64,000 nucleotides of DNA from Bigelowiella natans CCMP2755 (GCA_000320545.1 ADNK01001965.1:1-64000); one strand, 5' to 3'. Shown: positions 45,716 to 59,931, numbered from the stretch's first letter. Notes: generated by a model not told the origin, from the sequence alone. A program made the numbers and translations.

Positions 45716-46182
45716 ATGGAGGCGACAACTTGCATCGAACTAACATCCCATACTATTACGTTTCAATCTATATTTTCCATGTTATCTCTTCTCTACCTTC
45801 CCACCAGGAGTAAAAATCGAAGAATTTGTTGCACATAGCGCATATAAGGCAAATTGCGGGAACGGAGACGTTTGGGTATTACGATGTTGTGATTTACATT
45901 GTGAGCTGTAGGAGCTCTAGATCAAATAATCAAAATAGAAGGATTGTGCATAGAAATAATCGGCTTTTGGCTCCTCTTTCATATCATTTTCATGTGCATG
46001 GAATGCTTTCACGTATAGATGTTGTTATAAACGTACAGGGAGATGGAGTTACCGATTTAAAGTCCTCCTTGCTTGAGGGATCTGAGCATGTTGTTCTCCC
46101 CGGATGTATGCACTCGCCGAGCTCTTCATCGTGGTATGGAAGTGAGCCTTTCTTCGATGCCTGGGCCGAGTTCCTGTTGTAG
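43390..46182 (+). CDS. Alpha/beta hydrolase (PGAP1-like/lipase, cyanobacterial-plastid type) with bipartite-like leader
   Basis: PVLILPGF (oxyanion), VVGHSAGG|WLARL (nucleophile elbow), LICLGTPH, YVSVCG, GDGV (Asp), CMHSP..WYGSE (His); leader AVIVAALSLLCFLLPTSA followed by a basic/Ser-rich segment. Confidence 0.88.
44894..44966. repeat. Compound microsatellite (TA)n(TG)n, representative of dozens of intronic (CA)n, (GA)n, (TA)n and trinucleotide runs
   Basis: Directly visible; similar runs at e.g. 1357-1396, 2158-2229, 8748-8808, 15749-15851, 59732-59792, 63692-63757. Confidence 0.95.
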
Positions 46183-46903
46183 GTTTTGCTTCAGCACAAT
46201 TCATGTTGTTGGGCAAAAGCTTTGACAATAAAGGTTTACCATCGTCGCGAAAGCTCATGTAGTATATAAGTATCTTTGTGATTAGTCACAGATTGTGTGC
46301 AATTATTATTCATTTGTTGCTGTCCATGCAGATTGTATGGCGCACATGCACTCATGCTGATAATAATGACATCAATGCTGTGTCAATCATGCATGGTAGA
46401 ATATTGAGCATTGATGAACTTTGAACTTCGCAATTATGCAGTCGCCATGTACGCGTGCTTTGTAAGCAACATGTACTCGACAACCCTAGAGCAAACAAAT
46501 CATCTGCACGTGCCAGGCCGCTCATGTGCCGCAAAAATCATTAAGAAGGTAATTTGGCAGCCCTGCTGCTGTACGCATTACTAAAAGCTCATGCTCAGTT
46601 TGATTGCATTTAGACCTTGCATGTAACCTTCATCATGTGTAAATAAGTCTGGACCATAAGGCCTCCACTCCGGGAACCAAGAACGTCAATATCTTCCTGT
46701 ACTTTGCGGAAATTTTTGCCTATTGCATGATGATTGCCTTCATTACGTGCACAATCTTGACTGTACAGGCCACATACATGCAGGGGGGGAGGGAAGAAGC
46801 GATGCAAATCGTGGGGGCCGATTCGCTTTGCGAGTACGGGGGAGGTAATTAAGACAGCTTGGTACATTCGCAAGACAATTAGTGCTGTCTGTCCGTGATT
46901 GCG

Positions 46904-48220
46904 TCATAAACCTTGCGCTGCCGATGAGAACAGGACGTGTTTTAAAAACGCATCAACTCTCATGCCCTCCACTGTGGTGTCGAGATTCATCTTCCGAGCA
47001 AAGAGCGAGCACTGTCGCATTTGCTTGAATGTCGCGAGCCGAATTCTCTTGAACAGCATCGGATGATTCCTAGAGAAATCCTCCTCGGCCTCCGAAGGCT
47101 CGAAATGGTTCCATTCCATTCTCCACGAGACAAAGGAGGTTTTGGCGCTCACTTCAAGCGGGACGCTTCGATTCTCAGCAGCAGCGCCTTTCGTTCTTAC
47201 GACATTGATTGGATACGTCTCTTCTATAGCAGATGGGACCCCGTTTCGCACAGCGTCTAGCCATTTTCTGATCAGAGGTTGGAATATGGTTGGGAGAGGC
47301 ACGCCCTCTTGTTCTACCACAAGTCGCTCGTGCTCCTGGATGAAGGCCAGCATGTCGCTGCGACGAAGATAAGTCCACGTTTCGGCCTTCCAGATGGGCC
47401 GTTTCTTTATCTCCTCCTCGGCCTGGGAGCGGCTCCAACCCGACCTTCGCCCAAACACCGAATGGTCTGTCGACCCAAGGAGTTGTCGTGCCTTGCTGAG
47501 TGTATGGACCGGCACATGCGAGTCGGAAAGCAAGATGCATCCGAACACATCCTCATCCCGCAACAGAGTCTTGTACCCCCTCGTCATCACCAGAGTGCTT
47601 GCGGCCCATGCGGAGGGTGTGTGGGGAAGAACGTTGTGCCTGAATCCAAGCTTTGGAGCCTTTTCTACGGTTACATCTAGCGATGAGTAGTGAATGACGG
47701 CTTCCCACTCGCTCGTTTCTGATTTGGTAAAGTATTTCGCCCACAATTCAGCGAATGTTAACCGATCGTTGACAAGAAATAGGAAGCCCAGCTTCCCACT
47801 CACTTCTCGACAATTTAGCTCTCCTTCCAGGACAGCATGGCACCATGCACCGGTGCCTGTTATACGATAGCTATGAATCCTGACGTTTCTGCCATCCGTT
47901 TGTGAGATGTTAGAGGCATTTACGGCTGCTTCGGTTGACACCCCACCGTTCATTGTGGATGATGCGCCCGCATTTCGGAAAGCTCCGCATGCGGAAACGT
48001 AGCGGTGGGGTTTGGACGCGCTGGGTTGTGTCGTCAGATTTACTTCCTTGAGGATCTCTCTGCTTCCTGCATCGAGCGTCCCGAAATCGTGGAACGTGTC
48101 TATGTCGCTATCTTCCTCAACCATCCAGAAGAAGATCACGCCTGCCAACAGCAAAGGCACATACGGACACTTGCCTGAGCCCATCCAAAGCATCAGCCAG
48201 AGTCTGTGCACACACGTCAT
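46904..48220 (-). CDS. Core-2/I-branching (GT14-like, DUF266/BC10-type) glycosyltransferase, intronless
   Basis: N-terminal TM; KLGFLFL..L..AELWAKYF, ILLSDSHVPV, W..LRR, EETY, TSFVSW, HP, CSLFARK follow the BC10/DUF266 motif order. Confidence 0.8.
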   Translation of the reverse strand: MTCVHRLWLMLWMGSGKCPYVPLLLAGVIFFWMVEEDSDIDTFHDFGTLDAGSREILKEVNLTTQPSASKPHRYVSACGAFRNAGASSTMNGGVSTEAAVNASNISQTDGRNVRIHSYRITGTGAWCHAVLEGELNCREVSGKLGFLFLVNDRLTFAELWAKYFTKSETSEWEAVIHYSSLDVTVEKAPKLGFRHNVLPHTPSAWAASTLVMTRGYKTLLRDEDVFGCILLSDSHVPVHTLSKARQLLGSTDHSVFGRRSGWSRSQAEEEIKKRPIWKAETWTYLRRSDMLAFIQEHERLVVEQEGVPLPTIFQPLIRKWLDAVRNGVPSAIEETYPINVVRTKGAAAENRSVPLEVSAKTSFVSWRMEWNHFEPSEAEEDFSRNHPMLFKRIRLATFKQMRQCSLFARKMNLDTTVEGMRVDAFLKHVLFSSAAQGL

Positions 48221-48861
48221 ACGTCATAGGTGACCCCAGGCGAGCAACGACGACACAGATCGTTAATTAAAATGCGGTGTAGACGTGTGGGAACCTGTCT
48301 ACTGCATCCTGTGAGCGCGGTTTAGCATCCAAGAACCCTACGCGCTCATACACGAAAGCTGAATGGAGGGAGGCAGCGGCGGATGACGATTATGCACGAC
48401 GGCGGAATCCGCGTCCCAGTGCACTAATGTGACGCAGCGCCCATGCTTATTGCACAGCAAGAAGCATGCCTCCCTCCCGTCTTCGATATCTTTGGAACTG
48501 CGACATGAAATTACATGGAAATCCTAGGAAATCCGGTTAAAACCCAGGGCATTTTTGCCTTGTTTGTTGCAGTAGTACCAAAAGCTGTTCTCCCGACAAT
48601 GCGGCGTCGTCATCGGGATCCAGAGAACTCTGGACTCCGAGAAGTGGCTCCCCCTCCCTCTCCTGTCGGCCCCCCCGGCCAGCGCTCGGAGCATACGCCA
48701 TCCGCGGATGAGGGAGCTGAAGATCTTGGCCCAGGTGTACTGCCGGTCCCCCGACCGGCAGAAGAGGCCTTTCGCGTAAGAAGAATAAGAATAAGAAGAC
48801 TACGAGTGAGAAATCCATGCAGGTTTGTTTCCTTGACAGCTCCAATATTCATTACAGGTAT

Positions 48862-49544
48862 ATGGCAGTCCAGATAATCATACGTGCAGCTCTTCTTTGC
48901 CCGTTGCTCTTCGTCGTTATAGCAATGATCACCAGATACAACAGATCCCAATCTGAGAGTTTGCCCAACAATAGCGTTAGCGTTGCGTTCCAACGTGAGA
49001 TTTCCGAAGTGGCAGCAGGATCAGAGCTCTACCCAGCCACCTCCATCATCCTCACAGGAGTTTGCCGTGATGTCGAGGCCTTTCTTCCCAAAGTGCTTTC
49101 AAACATTCTAAAGATTACGTCTGCGTTCTCCAGATCACTCGTGGTGATATTCGAAAACGATTCAAAGGACCAAACAGCCGGAATGCTGAAAGGCTGGGCA
49201 ATCAATCGCAACGTAGTTCTCCTCACTGGTGACGGGTTGGGAGAAGGCCGCAGGGAAGCACGGCTCGCAATGGCAAGGAACTCCATATTGTCGTACATCA
49301 GGGAGAAGGAGTTATTCCTTAAATACGACTATTGGATCAATATAGACATGGACGATATTCTCAGTTTCTCTGATATCTCTCCGGAGGTGTTCCAAACAAC
49401 ATTGACAGATACAAGGAGTTGGGATGTAGTCTGTGCGAATACCTGGCCTGAATGGTAAATTGTATTATGCCATTGATTCTGAAATGTTATTTCCCTTCTG
49501 CTGTTCCCCGGGCTGGTCGTGTTTGAAGAAGCTAGTTGCTGACG

Positions 49545-49580
<36 letters not shown>

Positions 49581-49986
49581 TCCCCTACTCTTCTTCGTAC
49601 GTAGGTACTACGACCGCCTTGCCCTTCGTACGGTAGAGGGTCCCGTAAAGTCCGAGGGATGCCCTGACGACTCTGATTGTCATGAGAACCGTCCTATCAA
49701 TCTATCGGCGTGGTTCAAGGGTACGAATTTGGGGCAGGGGATACCCTCGTCCTACCCTAGTTGGCTGTCCGTTGAGTCGTGTTTCGGGGGGTTGGCCATT
49801 TATCGCCTCAGTACTGTCGGGGCTAGCAACTGCACGTATGACGGAAAGGATGACTGCGAACATGTCCCCTTTCATGGCTGCATCAATCGTAACGGTGGGG
49901 AAATGTTCCTGAACCCCTCCTTGGTGCCTTTTCGGATACCCGAAGATACAATACCTCACTCACCAGCGTGGGCCATAACGCATTAG
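48862..49986 (+). CDS. GT-A fold glycosyltransferase (CAP59/GT69-like); 2 exons (48862-49454, 49605-49986)
   Basis: N-terminal TM; IFENDSKDQT, RLAMARN, YDYWINIDMD (DxD), YYDRLALR, VESCFGGLAIYR, DCEHV.FH, NP. Confidence 0.85.
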
Positions 49987-50949
49987 TGCTGCACAAGCTG
50001 AAATTAGAAATATTCTTTCGGAGTTGGCATGGCACCTTGCCACTTGTCGCACCAGGAGCTTTCTCTGGGTAGCTAGAGTTAATAGGCTTATGCAATATTA
50101 GATCGATAAGAAATGTGTTGCACTTCAGACGCTATCACAGTGTCACATCTCTGTTAGATTTAGATGCTACCTTGAAGCTCCTTTCACAGTACCCCACTAC
50201 GATGCGGAGGAAGGGAGGAACAACGTGACTTCATAGTGTTCGCACATGCCCTCGCACGCTACGATTGCGCGATAGAATTTTGGCGCATCGTAGCCACAAT
50301 AATAGCCATCTGTATTTGAAGCTCGCGTTGGGACGGAGCAAGAGTGCTGTCGACTTGTTGTACTTTTCTGCATGTGCTCTGCGTGGCATGTGCTATAGGA
50401 TGGAGGCGCTTAAGATTACGCCTACTGCATAGCTAATAACTAATAACTAGCAATGCATAGATAATTCATTAGGATGACCATTAAAAAAATGTTATAATTT
50501 ATTCATTACATCCGTCCTATATTTATATTTATAGTGTATGATTCGAGGCAGGCATCGCCTTCTGCAAATAATATGCATAGCTAAGGCAGCATCAACAGGT
50601 GACGTGTATTTGCTCGAAATTCCATTGCCACTCTTCTACGCTCGTTGGCGGCGACATTTGCTCAGCACTGGGCATTACAAATAACGCGACCTGTCCATAG
50701 TCTGCTACATGCAATAGATGCATGTGAGATGGACACACCTCTTTACGGCGCGCAGCTCTTCTAACTCTATAAATACGTGTGTGCGTGCCGTTTCTACATC
50801 GAGTGCCTTGTGTCTAGGGCAATACAATTCTTAAAGTTGAAACTTAGTTGCCATCGCTTTCTGTTGCCATTCTTTTCATCCAAACAAATGTCAGGCCAAC
50901 GCTCTAACAACCGTGTGCTTACGTTCTCGTGAAGAAACAGCAACTATAT

Positions 50950-52247
50950 CTATGCTTTTCTTTCCTCTTCTTCCCCTTCCGTCACAACGAAGGCCAAAGA
51001 TCGATACAAACGGCATCTGATTCGCTCTTGGTAAACTTCTTCGACAAGCTCCCATCCCTGAAGATGCACAGTGAATTTTCGGAACCAACGACATCGAAAA
51101 TAAATAAATCAATCTCACCATTGATGTCGGTATGTCCGGGCGCTTGTGAGGGGTGAGAACCACTAGAAACGGGGCCAATTCGCTACATGTAAACACATTA
51201 GTAAGGACAACGACATTGGATCTTCTATCACTCGCATGTTGGGTTTTGCCTTAATTGCGAAAGCATTGCCCACAGCATTGACTTCGACGCTAGGTGTAAT
51301 GCAAAAGAGCTGATAACCAGGTCGAACCTTCGTGGACAAAATAAAAATATTTTATCAGGTGCCATCTAATGTAGAGGGAATATGCCCTTGCCTCTTCTCT
51401 GAATAGCAGCCGTTAGCAATATCCTTGAAGGAGTATTTTTCAGCCTCCATGCCAGTCCTCTGAGCATAAGCCTACCATAGCGTTCGTTGTCGTTTCCCCA
51501 CAACAACAGTTGTTACCACGGCGCACAAAAGATGGGGTTTTAACTGAAAGGAAGACTACCTTGAATGTGTATGGATCCGTCGCTGTGAAGTTGCACTTCG
51601 CCTTCCCGAGATATTTTTGAAGTGCAATCGTCGCCTGGAGTGGTCGCAAAGTTTTTGGAGGTCAGAGGCATATGAGTTCGCTATTATTACTATGTTGCAG
51701 ATTAGTCTCTTTGATGAAAAACTCTCTTCATGCCCACCTCTCCTGATCCGCAAGCCAGGTCGAGTACAGAAGTTATCTTACCCAATACAACTTTCGCCCC
51801 TCCCCCCCCCCCTCCTCCAGTGCACTTCGAATCCACATCATCACCAGCCTTTCGGCCACTGGCCGTCGCGGTTACCCATTTCTTCATCGCGATATTTAGG
51901 ACCCGCTGGATTGCTGCATCATGCGGATTTACGTACTTTCCGCCGAAATTGGCGTAGAAATCTTTGACTCCGTGAGTCTCGTACTCTCGACGCACAGACC
52001 CTGCAGCCGAAGTGGAAGAGGAGTAGGACGCAGATCGTTCAGGCGTTCCACCCCCTTTACAGCTGCCATCCCACCCCTTCTTCTTCTTCTTCATTACTTC
52101 GACGCCAACCACAAGCAAGGTGATGAAGATCGTTAAGAGGCGTCTCAATGACCGTCCGTGGGTGGCCTGACTGGGCCGAAGCCAGGGAGGAGGATGAGCA
52201 GGAAGAGGGTCCAAAATTTTGATTGTCGGGAGAACTTCGAATGACAT
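50950..52247 (-). CDS. Class I SAM-dependent methyltransferase-like protein
   Basis: FY..GGKYVNPH, VLDLACGSGE (motif I), ATDPYT, YSFKDIANG, FDLVISSFALHL, LVVLTPHKRPDI; stop at 50950. Start codon uncertain. Confidence 0.8.
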
Positions 52248-52483
52248 CCAGTTTTTACCTGCGACATGGTGATTAACATGTCGTAGTCGACAGAATAGTA
52301 GGGTTTTTGTAAAAAATATTTAGGGAACATCTACGCGGGAAACTTCCACGAAAAGTTTCCGCACTAGTCAGCGTCCAGCGAGCTTTGAAACTGCCCTTCC
52401 GCTCAGACCACGTGGCAACTCCCCCCCCCCCCCCCCCCTAAAATCCTGCATTCTTCGCTTGTGAACAAGACCAAAGTCGTGTC

Positions 52484-53898
52484 ATGAGTGGGAGTGCAAA
52501 GTCTTCTGTTCAAAATCTATTCCGGGAAATCGTGAGAGCGAAGGTAAAAACCGAGCAAGATGTGTGCTGAGCGAAGAGGGGTATGTGTGCACGTTTTTCA
52601 GACTGCTTTTCCCAGGTTTACGATGTGTGCAAGGAGACACCGCTGGAGTACGCAAAGGTAACATCATATCATGCCCATTGAGTAGTAGGAAATTGCCCAT
52701 TTCCGGCATCATCGTCATCTAAGTGGGGGTGTGCATTATTTTTTTCCCAACCGCAGTTTGCTTCCGAGCGATTGCGGAACAACATCTACCTCAAGGTATT
52801 ATCACAAACTGTCTAGAAGAGGCGCCCAGCCTGTTATTCTTATTCTTCATAGATATGATCGAAGCTATTGTGTCATCAGAGAGAAGATCTCCAACCAGTC
52901 TTCAGCTTTAAGCTTCGAGGTACTACACTCACAACACACACATGCATCAGCACAAACAGCCAGCTGCGTATCTACCCGCTAGAAATGAAGGCCATCGTAA
53001 CAGCATGGCCTCAATGTTGCTCTTCTCTTACCCAGGTGCCTACAATAAAATCGTAAACTTGTCGGCGGAGCAGGTAGAGACCGAGGCACTCTTTTACAGA
53101 TGATATAAAAGCTGCTCTTTGTTTGCCACCCTCTCACTGCACTTCTTCTGCGATTAGAAAAAAAGAGGGATCGTTGCGTGTAGTGCTGGGAACCACGCGC
53201 AGGTCTACATGCTAAAGGAGAAGAATAATGTGCAACCACTCATGCTAGTTGTCGAGTGTCAATTAATGCCTATTTATATATAATTTATATCTTTGTCATT
53301 TCGTGACTATCAGGGGGTGGCTATGTCAGCTACCAAATTAAACATCCCGTCCACTATTGTGATGCCTAGAACTACACCAAAAATAAAGGTAAGTTGAGTT
53401 GTATATACATCACGTGCATGGTGTGATAACATATCTGTTACACATACACTCATTCTCTCTCTTCTCTCGGTCTCTATCTACCTAGTACACACAAACACAC
53501 CCGTGTGTGTGTGTTTGTGCTTGTGTGAAAATGTCTAATATCATATACACAGATTGCGTCTGTCGAGGGCTTGGGGGGGAACGTAGTGCTCGGTGTGAAG
53601 AGATCACGAAGAGCAACAAGAACGCACACAAATAAAACACACACACACACACACACGCACGCACACGCACTCACATAAGCCCACACACTACGGAGATTAA
53701 GGAAAAAAATCCGATCAGGAACAGCAGTTATTATTCTTCATTGTTGTGAGAAATTGATGGTGTCGTTGGCAGATGGGGACAACTACACGGAAGCTTACGA
53801 ACGCGCGCTTTCTGTGCAGAAATCCGAAGGTAATTCCCATCATCCTAACCGACAAAAAACACCATGACTGCCTGCTGCAAAAACGACATTGAGCTGCT

Positions 53899-53950
<52 letters not shown>

Positions 53951-54079
53951 CCACTGCCGCCAAGAACAGTTGCAAACCGGACATTTCACCATTCAGCTGA
54001 TCGATCATTATGTAGGAAAAACTTTGGTTCACCCCTTCGATGACCCTTTGGTGATAGCAGGCCAGGTTTCGCCCAAATG

Positions 54080-54112
<33 letters not shown>

Positions 54113-55583
54113 GGAAGGTCTAACGATGAGAAATAGTAGTGCCAATGGCAATCCACGGATGCAACACAAAGATATATACCATCAATACTTTGGTTTGATC
54201 AAGAGCGCTGAAACCCGTTTTCCCCTGTTTATTTGCCGATGACGACGTACGTAAACAGGGAACGATCGCGATGGAGATCATCAAGCAGGTATATGCTGTT
54301 ATCGTGCTGTTATCGTTGTGGCTATGTAGAACGTTGTTTTCTGGTGAATTTACTGCAGAAGATGGTGTGCACAAAAGCCTTGGTACTGTTGTTATTCGCA
54401 TCAGGATAGCTTCCTTGTCTTAATTGTGCGTTTTTGTTGTCTCCCCCCTCTCCTTCTGCGTTTGTGGACCTACTGCTTGCTGCTCCCCCTGCAACCGCGC
54501 AGATCAATGCGGATATGCTGGATGCGGTCTTTGTGTGTTGTGGAGGTGCCTAATAATGAAGACAAGAGCAGACACATAATAACCACACACAAACACACAC
54601 ACACAAACACACACACAAATATCTGTTTCCTCCCCCCCCCACTACCGCACATCTTCTCTTATTCGCATTTTTCTGTGCGCGCGCGCACGTTTGCGTTGAC
54701 GCCTCGGTCGGTGACATCACACTGCGTATTTCGAGCAGGGGGGGGGATGCTGGCTGGGATAGCAACGTTCTTGAAAACCGTACACCCACACGTGAAAGTC
54801 ATTGGCGTGGAGGCGGCAGACGCTGTAGGATAATCGCCTAATTCACCCTTTACCCGCTAGTTCACTGAATATAATATATATATATATATATATAGTGTGT
54901 ATGATATATCTCATATCGTCAAACGTGTAATCGCTTCCTGGATGAGGCCCTCGAGTGACGAGAAAAAGCGTGTTTTTGTGCTGTGATGATGAATGATCAG
55001 GCTGGCATGACCAGATCTATCGAGGAAAATGAGGTATCAATGAACGTTGCCACGATGATAATAAACACGCACTGAAAGATGCGGCAGAGAAAACTAGCAT
55101 GCAAACTGACGACTGACCCCCCCCCCCCCCCCCTCCCTCCCCCCCACCTCCCTTCCCACCATCCCTAACCCCCCCTCTCCCACCCCTTTTGTTGTAGGTG
55201 GTGACACTAGATCACGTGGGGATTTTCGCCGACGGTAATAGAGATTCCTCCTCCCCTCCCCCCCCCCCCCCTCTCGCACCACACAGCACTGTATACTCTG
55301 CACCTCCTACTGATATGAGAGGCAGCATGGAGCTTCGATCGTATTCACGCCCTGCAGGTGTTGTTTGAGTTGTTTGTTGTTGTTGTTGTCATCACATAAC
55401 GTCGTAGGCGCAGCCGTCAAGCGTATAGGAGACCTTACATTCGAGCTGTGCAAGTAAGTGTGATACTACGACTGACAACGACGATTCGAGTTGGTGGCGA
55501 TGTGATCATTGGAAGTTGAATGCAAACAGAAGAATGACCAGGACACAACTGGCTAAACATTGCCAGTAGGAGTAGCGGTGTAG

Positions 55584-55620
<37 letters not shown>

Positions 55621-56028
55621 TGTGTGTGCTCAGCTCGGTTGTTGAGAGTATGGATTGTTATGATGTTTTACCCCCTCTCCTCCTTCTTCTCTTCCCCGCC
55701 CTCGTTGTCCCCCCCTCGATGTCTTCCTAACTCAGTGCGTGTGCATATTGTATAGGGATTTGGTCGACGAGATGGTGCTGGTGGATTCGGATGAAATCTG
55801 CCAGGTATTAGTTACTATGATTTCGTTGTTGCGTCTCCCTCCTCCTCGTCTCTCCTCCTCCTCCTCCTACTGCTGCTGCTGCTGTTTGGCTGCATTTTCA
55901 TTGATTTTCTTGCTCCTGGTGTCTGCTGTCACAAGGCAATCCGTGATGCTTACTACGATACGCGTACCATACTCGAGCCAGCCGGCGCTCTAGGAATGGC
56001 TGGGGTGCTCATCTTACCATTTTCCATG

Positions 56029-56077
<49 letters not shown>

Positions 56078-56150
56078 TAGCGTACATGTTGTGCATGTAC
56101 GTGTATTTTTGCATGGGCGGAAATCTATAGATGAAACATCACACACATAA

Positions 56151-56182
<32 letters not shown>

Positions 56183-57491
56183 ACACGTACACGCATACGC
56201 ACACGCAACCAGCATCTTCACAAAACCCTTATGTACTCCTTCAGGTTACCAAGTTTGTTCGAACCAGCACCGCCTCTGCGCAGAACTATGCTGTTATCTG
56301 CTCGGTCGGTTGCTGCTAGCTGCTTTAATTCAAACAACCAACACGAGTCACACGCCATCAAGCTCTACTGTTGTCCTCTCATGCTGATTCGATTCCTTCC
56401 CTTTGTTGCCGCACAAATAGGGAGCCAACATGGACTTCAACCAGCTCCGCTTCATCTCAGATCGAGCGGAAAAAAGCGAAAAGCTCGTAGCTATCAAGGT
56501 GAGAGCACCGTAGTAGAGAAAGTCCTTCCCCAGTCCCCCCCCCCTCCCCCCCCTTCCCCTCTCCCCCTCCCTTCCAAATACCAAAATGATGTGGTTTCCA
56601 TGTCAACCCTAATGTTACTTCACAATTGCGTTCATGAATGACCCCATTCTAAGCGTATCATCATCATCATCATCATCACCACCGCCACCACCATTATCAT
56701 TGTCATTTGCATTGGGTGGGTGAGTGCGCGAGCGGCGTCTTTGATGCTGCCGACTTTCTGCCACAGATTCCTGAGATTCCAGGGGCCTTTAAACAACTCT
56801 ACTACGATCTTGGTCCTCGTCGTAGCTCTATAACAGATGATGATGATGACAATGACGACGATGATGATGTGTCGTAGTAAAAGAAACGCGTGTATATATA
56901 CGGGGGGGGGGTCTATTGGAAGAAACGCGGTTCTAAGATCTCATCAAAACTGAATCTTCTTAAATGTAGCACTTTCTCGTCCCCCCCCCTCCCACCAGCC
57001 TACTGCAATGTCAAAAACACGCCAAGATCTATCACGGAATTTAGCTACCGGTAGTTGCATCATCTATCGATGAATAGCATGACATAAAAGACATCTGCAG
57101 CTGATATTGCAGATCTCTTCCGTTCTGTCAGTGATCTTCTACCGACGTGTAGCACGGGCCATGTTTACTAGCACTCAGAGATACTCGTGTTATTATTGCT
57201 TTCCTCTGACAACAGGTTCTCGGATGACTCCTCCGCATATATCATCTTGAGCTTTGGTGAGGCAAATCATGCTGCTACCGCTTCATGCCCTTTTCTTCTG
57301 CCTTTTTCTATCATCACCTTTCATCATCGTCTGTCATCTTCTTGTTCTTCTCCTATATATGTGGGCAAACCATTCCATCCTGCCCCCCCCCCACTCTTCG
57401 CACTTGTGCTTGTGTTTTTTTGAAAAAGGGAAAGCTCATAATTATCCAACCACGCACCACGCACCACGCGCACACGTTGAAACGCACACGT

Positions 57492-57533
<42 letters not shown>

Positions 57534-57686
57534 ACGTACAAATATTTGACGTAGGTATCACCGGCTTAGAAGACGCCTCAACTGTCCTAAAGCTGCTCAA
57601 GATCAAAGTCAGCTGTCGATTGATCCTCCCCCTCCCCCAAAAATCAACCCTCCCTCATCTATGCTTCTTTCTCTTGAGCGTTAACG

Positions 57687-57719
<33 letters not shown>

Positions 57720-58422
57720 CAGGGCTACGAAGTGCAGGACCTTGGCGACAACGAGATGGCAAAGCAACACGCTCGATACCTGGGAGGAGGACGAGCGTAA
57801 GTGAAAGCAGCCTAACTATTGTTGTATATGTGGGAGGTGGGGCGAGGGAGAGGGAGGGAGGGCCTCCACGCCTGCCTGCTATTCTGTGACGACACACAAC
57901 ATTTCTTCTCTTCTTCTCCTCTTTCTCCGATGAAAAAATATCAGGACTTTGGATGATGAAGTCCTTTATCGCTTCGAGTTTCCCGAGCGCCCTGGAGCTT
58001 TAGAGGTCGTTCTCACGCGTTATTATGAGTCAATTTCGGTGTTGTCGTCGTCGTCGTCGGGGAGGGGGGGGGGGGTTGACAATTGTCATTCCTGATACAC
58101 ACTCTCCTTGAGGCAAGATGAATATGTTTGTACCTCCTTGTGCTCTGTGTGACGCGTAACAAATGTGTACACGCATTCGTCTGCAAACAGGACTTTCTGA
58201 ATTTTATGAGCGACGAGGACCGAGCTGTTCCCTACAATGTTACGATGTTTCACTATAGAAACAGGTTCGGCCGATTCGTTCTTTTGAGAATTTTTTTGGC
58301 TTTTAGCTCCCCCCCCCCGCTCCCCGTCCCTTCTCTCTCTTCTAACTCCTCATCCACCATTGCTTGATGGCTGAGAATATGTCAGAGCATCATAATAGAC
58401 ACTACACACGCACACACACATG

Positions 58423-58462
<40 letters not shown>

Positions 58463-59006
58463 TACACCCACTGAATTGTGCTGTTTCAAACCCACTGTCA
58501 TTCCCCCCTCCCTCCCCCATCCCCTACCCCCTTTTTACCTGCGCCAACAGAGGATCGTTGGAAAACAGCGTGTTGGTTGGAATGCAGATTAGCAGGGAGA
58601 ACAAGGAGGGCCTGGAGGCATTCCTGGATCAGCTAGGGTAAGTAGCACCAAATACAACGACAAAAGATATTATGCACATGGCAGGCTCCCAAATCTATGA
58701 AAACAGGAAGAGCGGGTCGCCGTAATTGAAAATTCTTGCCGCTTCTCGATGTATTACGCTCGTCGTTCCGATGCCGACTTACCCATCACATGCCGCCGCA
58801 GATTCACCTATTTCGAGGAGACGGACAACCTCGTCTACAAGCAATTTCTGTGTCACGCTGGAGGTAATCATTACCAGCTACGAACAATGACGCCGATGCA
58901 TGCTGCTTGAATAATTGTAAACGTTTTGTCTGACGCACGGGTGCATGGTTGCTTCTTAGACGCTCAGCCTCCGGTGATCAAGAGATCGGGCAGCAAATTC
59001 TACTGA
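52484..59006 (+). CDS. ilvA: Threonine ammonia-lyase (biosynthetic threonine dehydratase) with two ACT-like domains, about 30 small exons
   Basis: VYDV..ETPL, YLK|REDLQPVFSFKLR|GAYNK (PLP lysine), SAGNHAQ|GVA, HPFDDPLVIAGQ|GTIAMEI, GG|GGMLAG, FADG, EPAGAL, GANMDF, IPE.PGAF, FEFPERPGAL, FHYRN; stop TGA 59004-59006. Confidence 0.95.
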
Positions 59007-59731
59007 AATGATGATGTATTATGTTAGTGATTCATCGCAGCAATAAGCAATCCAGTTGCACATATTATACCGCAGTACTTTCCGGATGATGCTAATGTGC
59101 ACTAATGATTAAAACATTGTTATTATCATGTACAACTGTGCTATGGAATACATGCACACTCGGGTTCTAGACGTACGTAGCTTTTATATGCATTCGATCT
59201 TGTGAGATAATGTACATGTCGTGTCATTAGTCACCTGCATATCAGGCGTGCATGCGGGATTGTACTTTTGCATATTGAGTAAATTTGCATATTGCAATCG
59301 ACACACGTCGCGCACCACTTACCACACGATGCTGATGCATTTGCTACAAATGCAAAACGACATTGCCAGCAGCATGCCATGTACGTAATAATACGTACAT
59401 CGAATGCGCGTGCTGCCTTCGGACACAGCTGTATCACATGCATGTGATTAACTGTGCACCATGGTAGCATGCATAACCTGACTTGAAAAATGAATTCCGA
59501 ATATTAAAGCTTCATGACAGCACAACACGCCCAACAGCAGAGACTGCAATGGACACGACTTATTGAATGCTTGTGGAGCAGCCGCGCGGCATTGCATGGA
59601 CACAGCGCTCTCTAGCTCTGGAGCTACACACACATGTGAGGATCATAATTGACAAAAATTGACAATATTATTAAATCCGTCAAAGTGCACATTGCATGCC
59701 CATGTATTCATGTAGCTATTATGTGTAATGT

Positions 59732-59796
<65 letters not shown>

Positions 59797-59931
59797 TATA
59801 TCATATAAGCATAGGAGCGATGACTGACACAACGACGAGACTGATATTATTTTAATAATGACGCCGTTCCTATGTGTATTATATATAAAATAAATATAGC
59901 GTTAAACAAAGTTCATGACCCATGCTCATGA

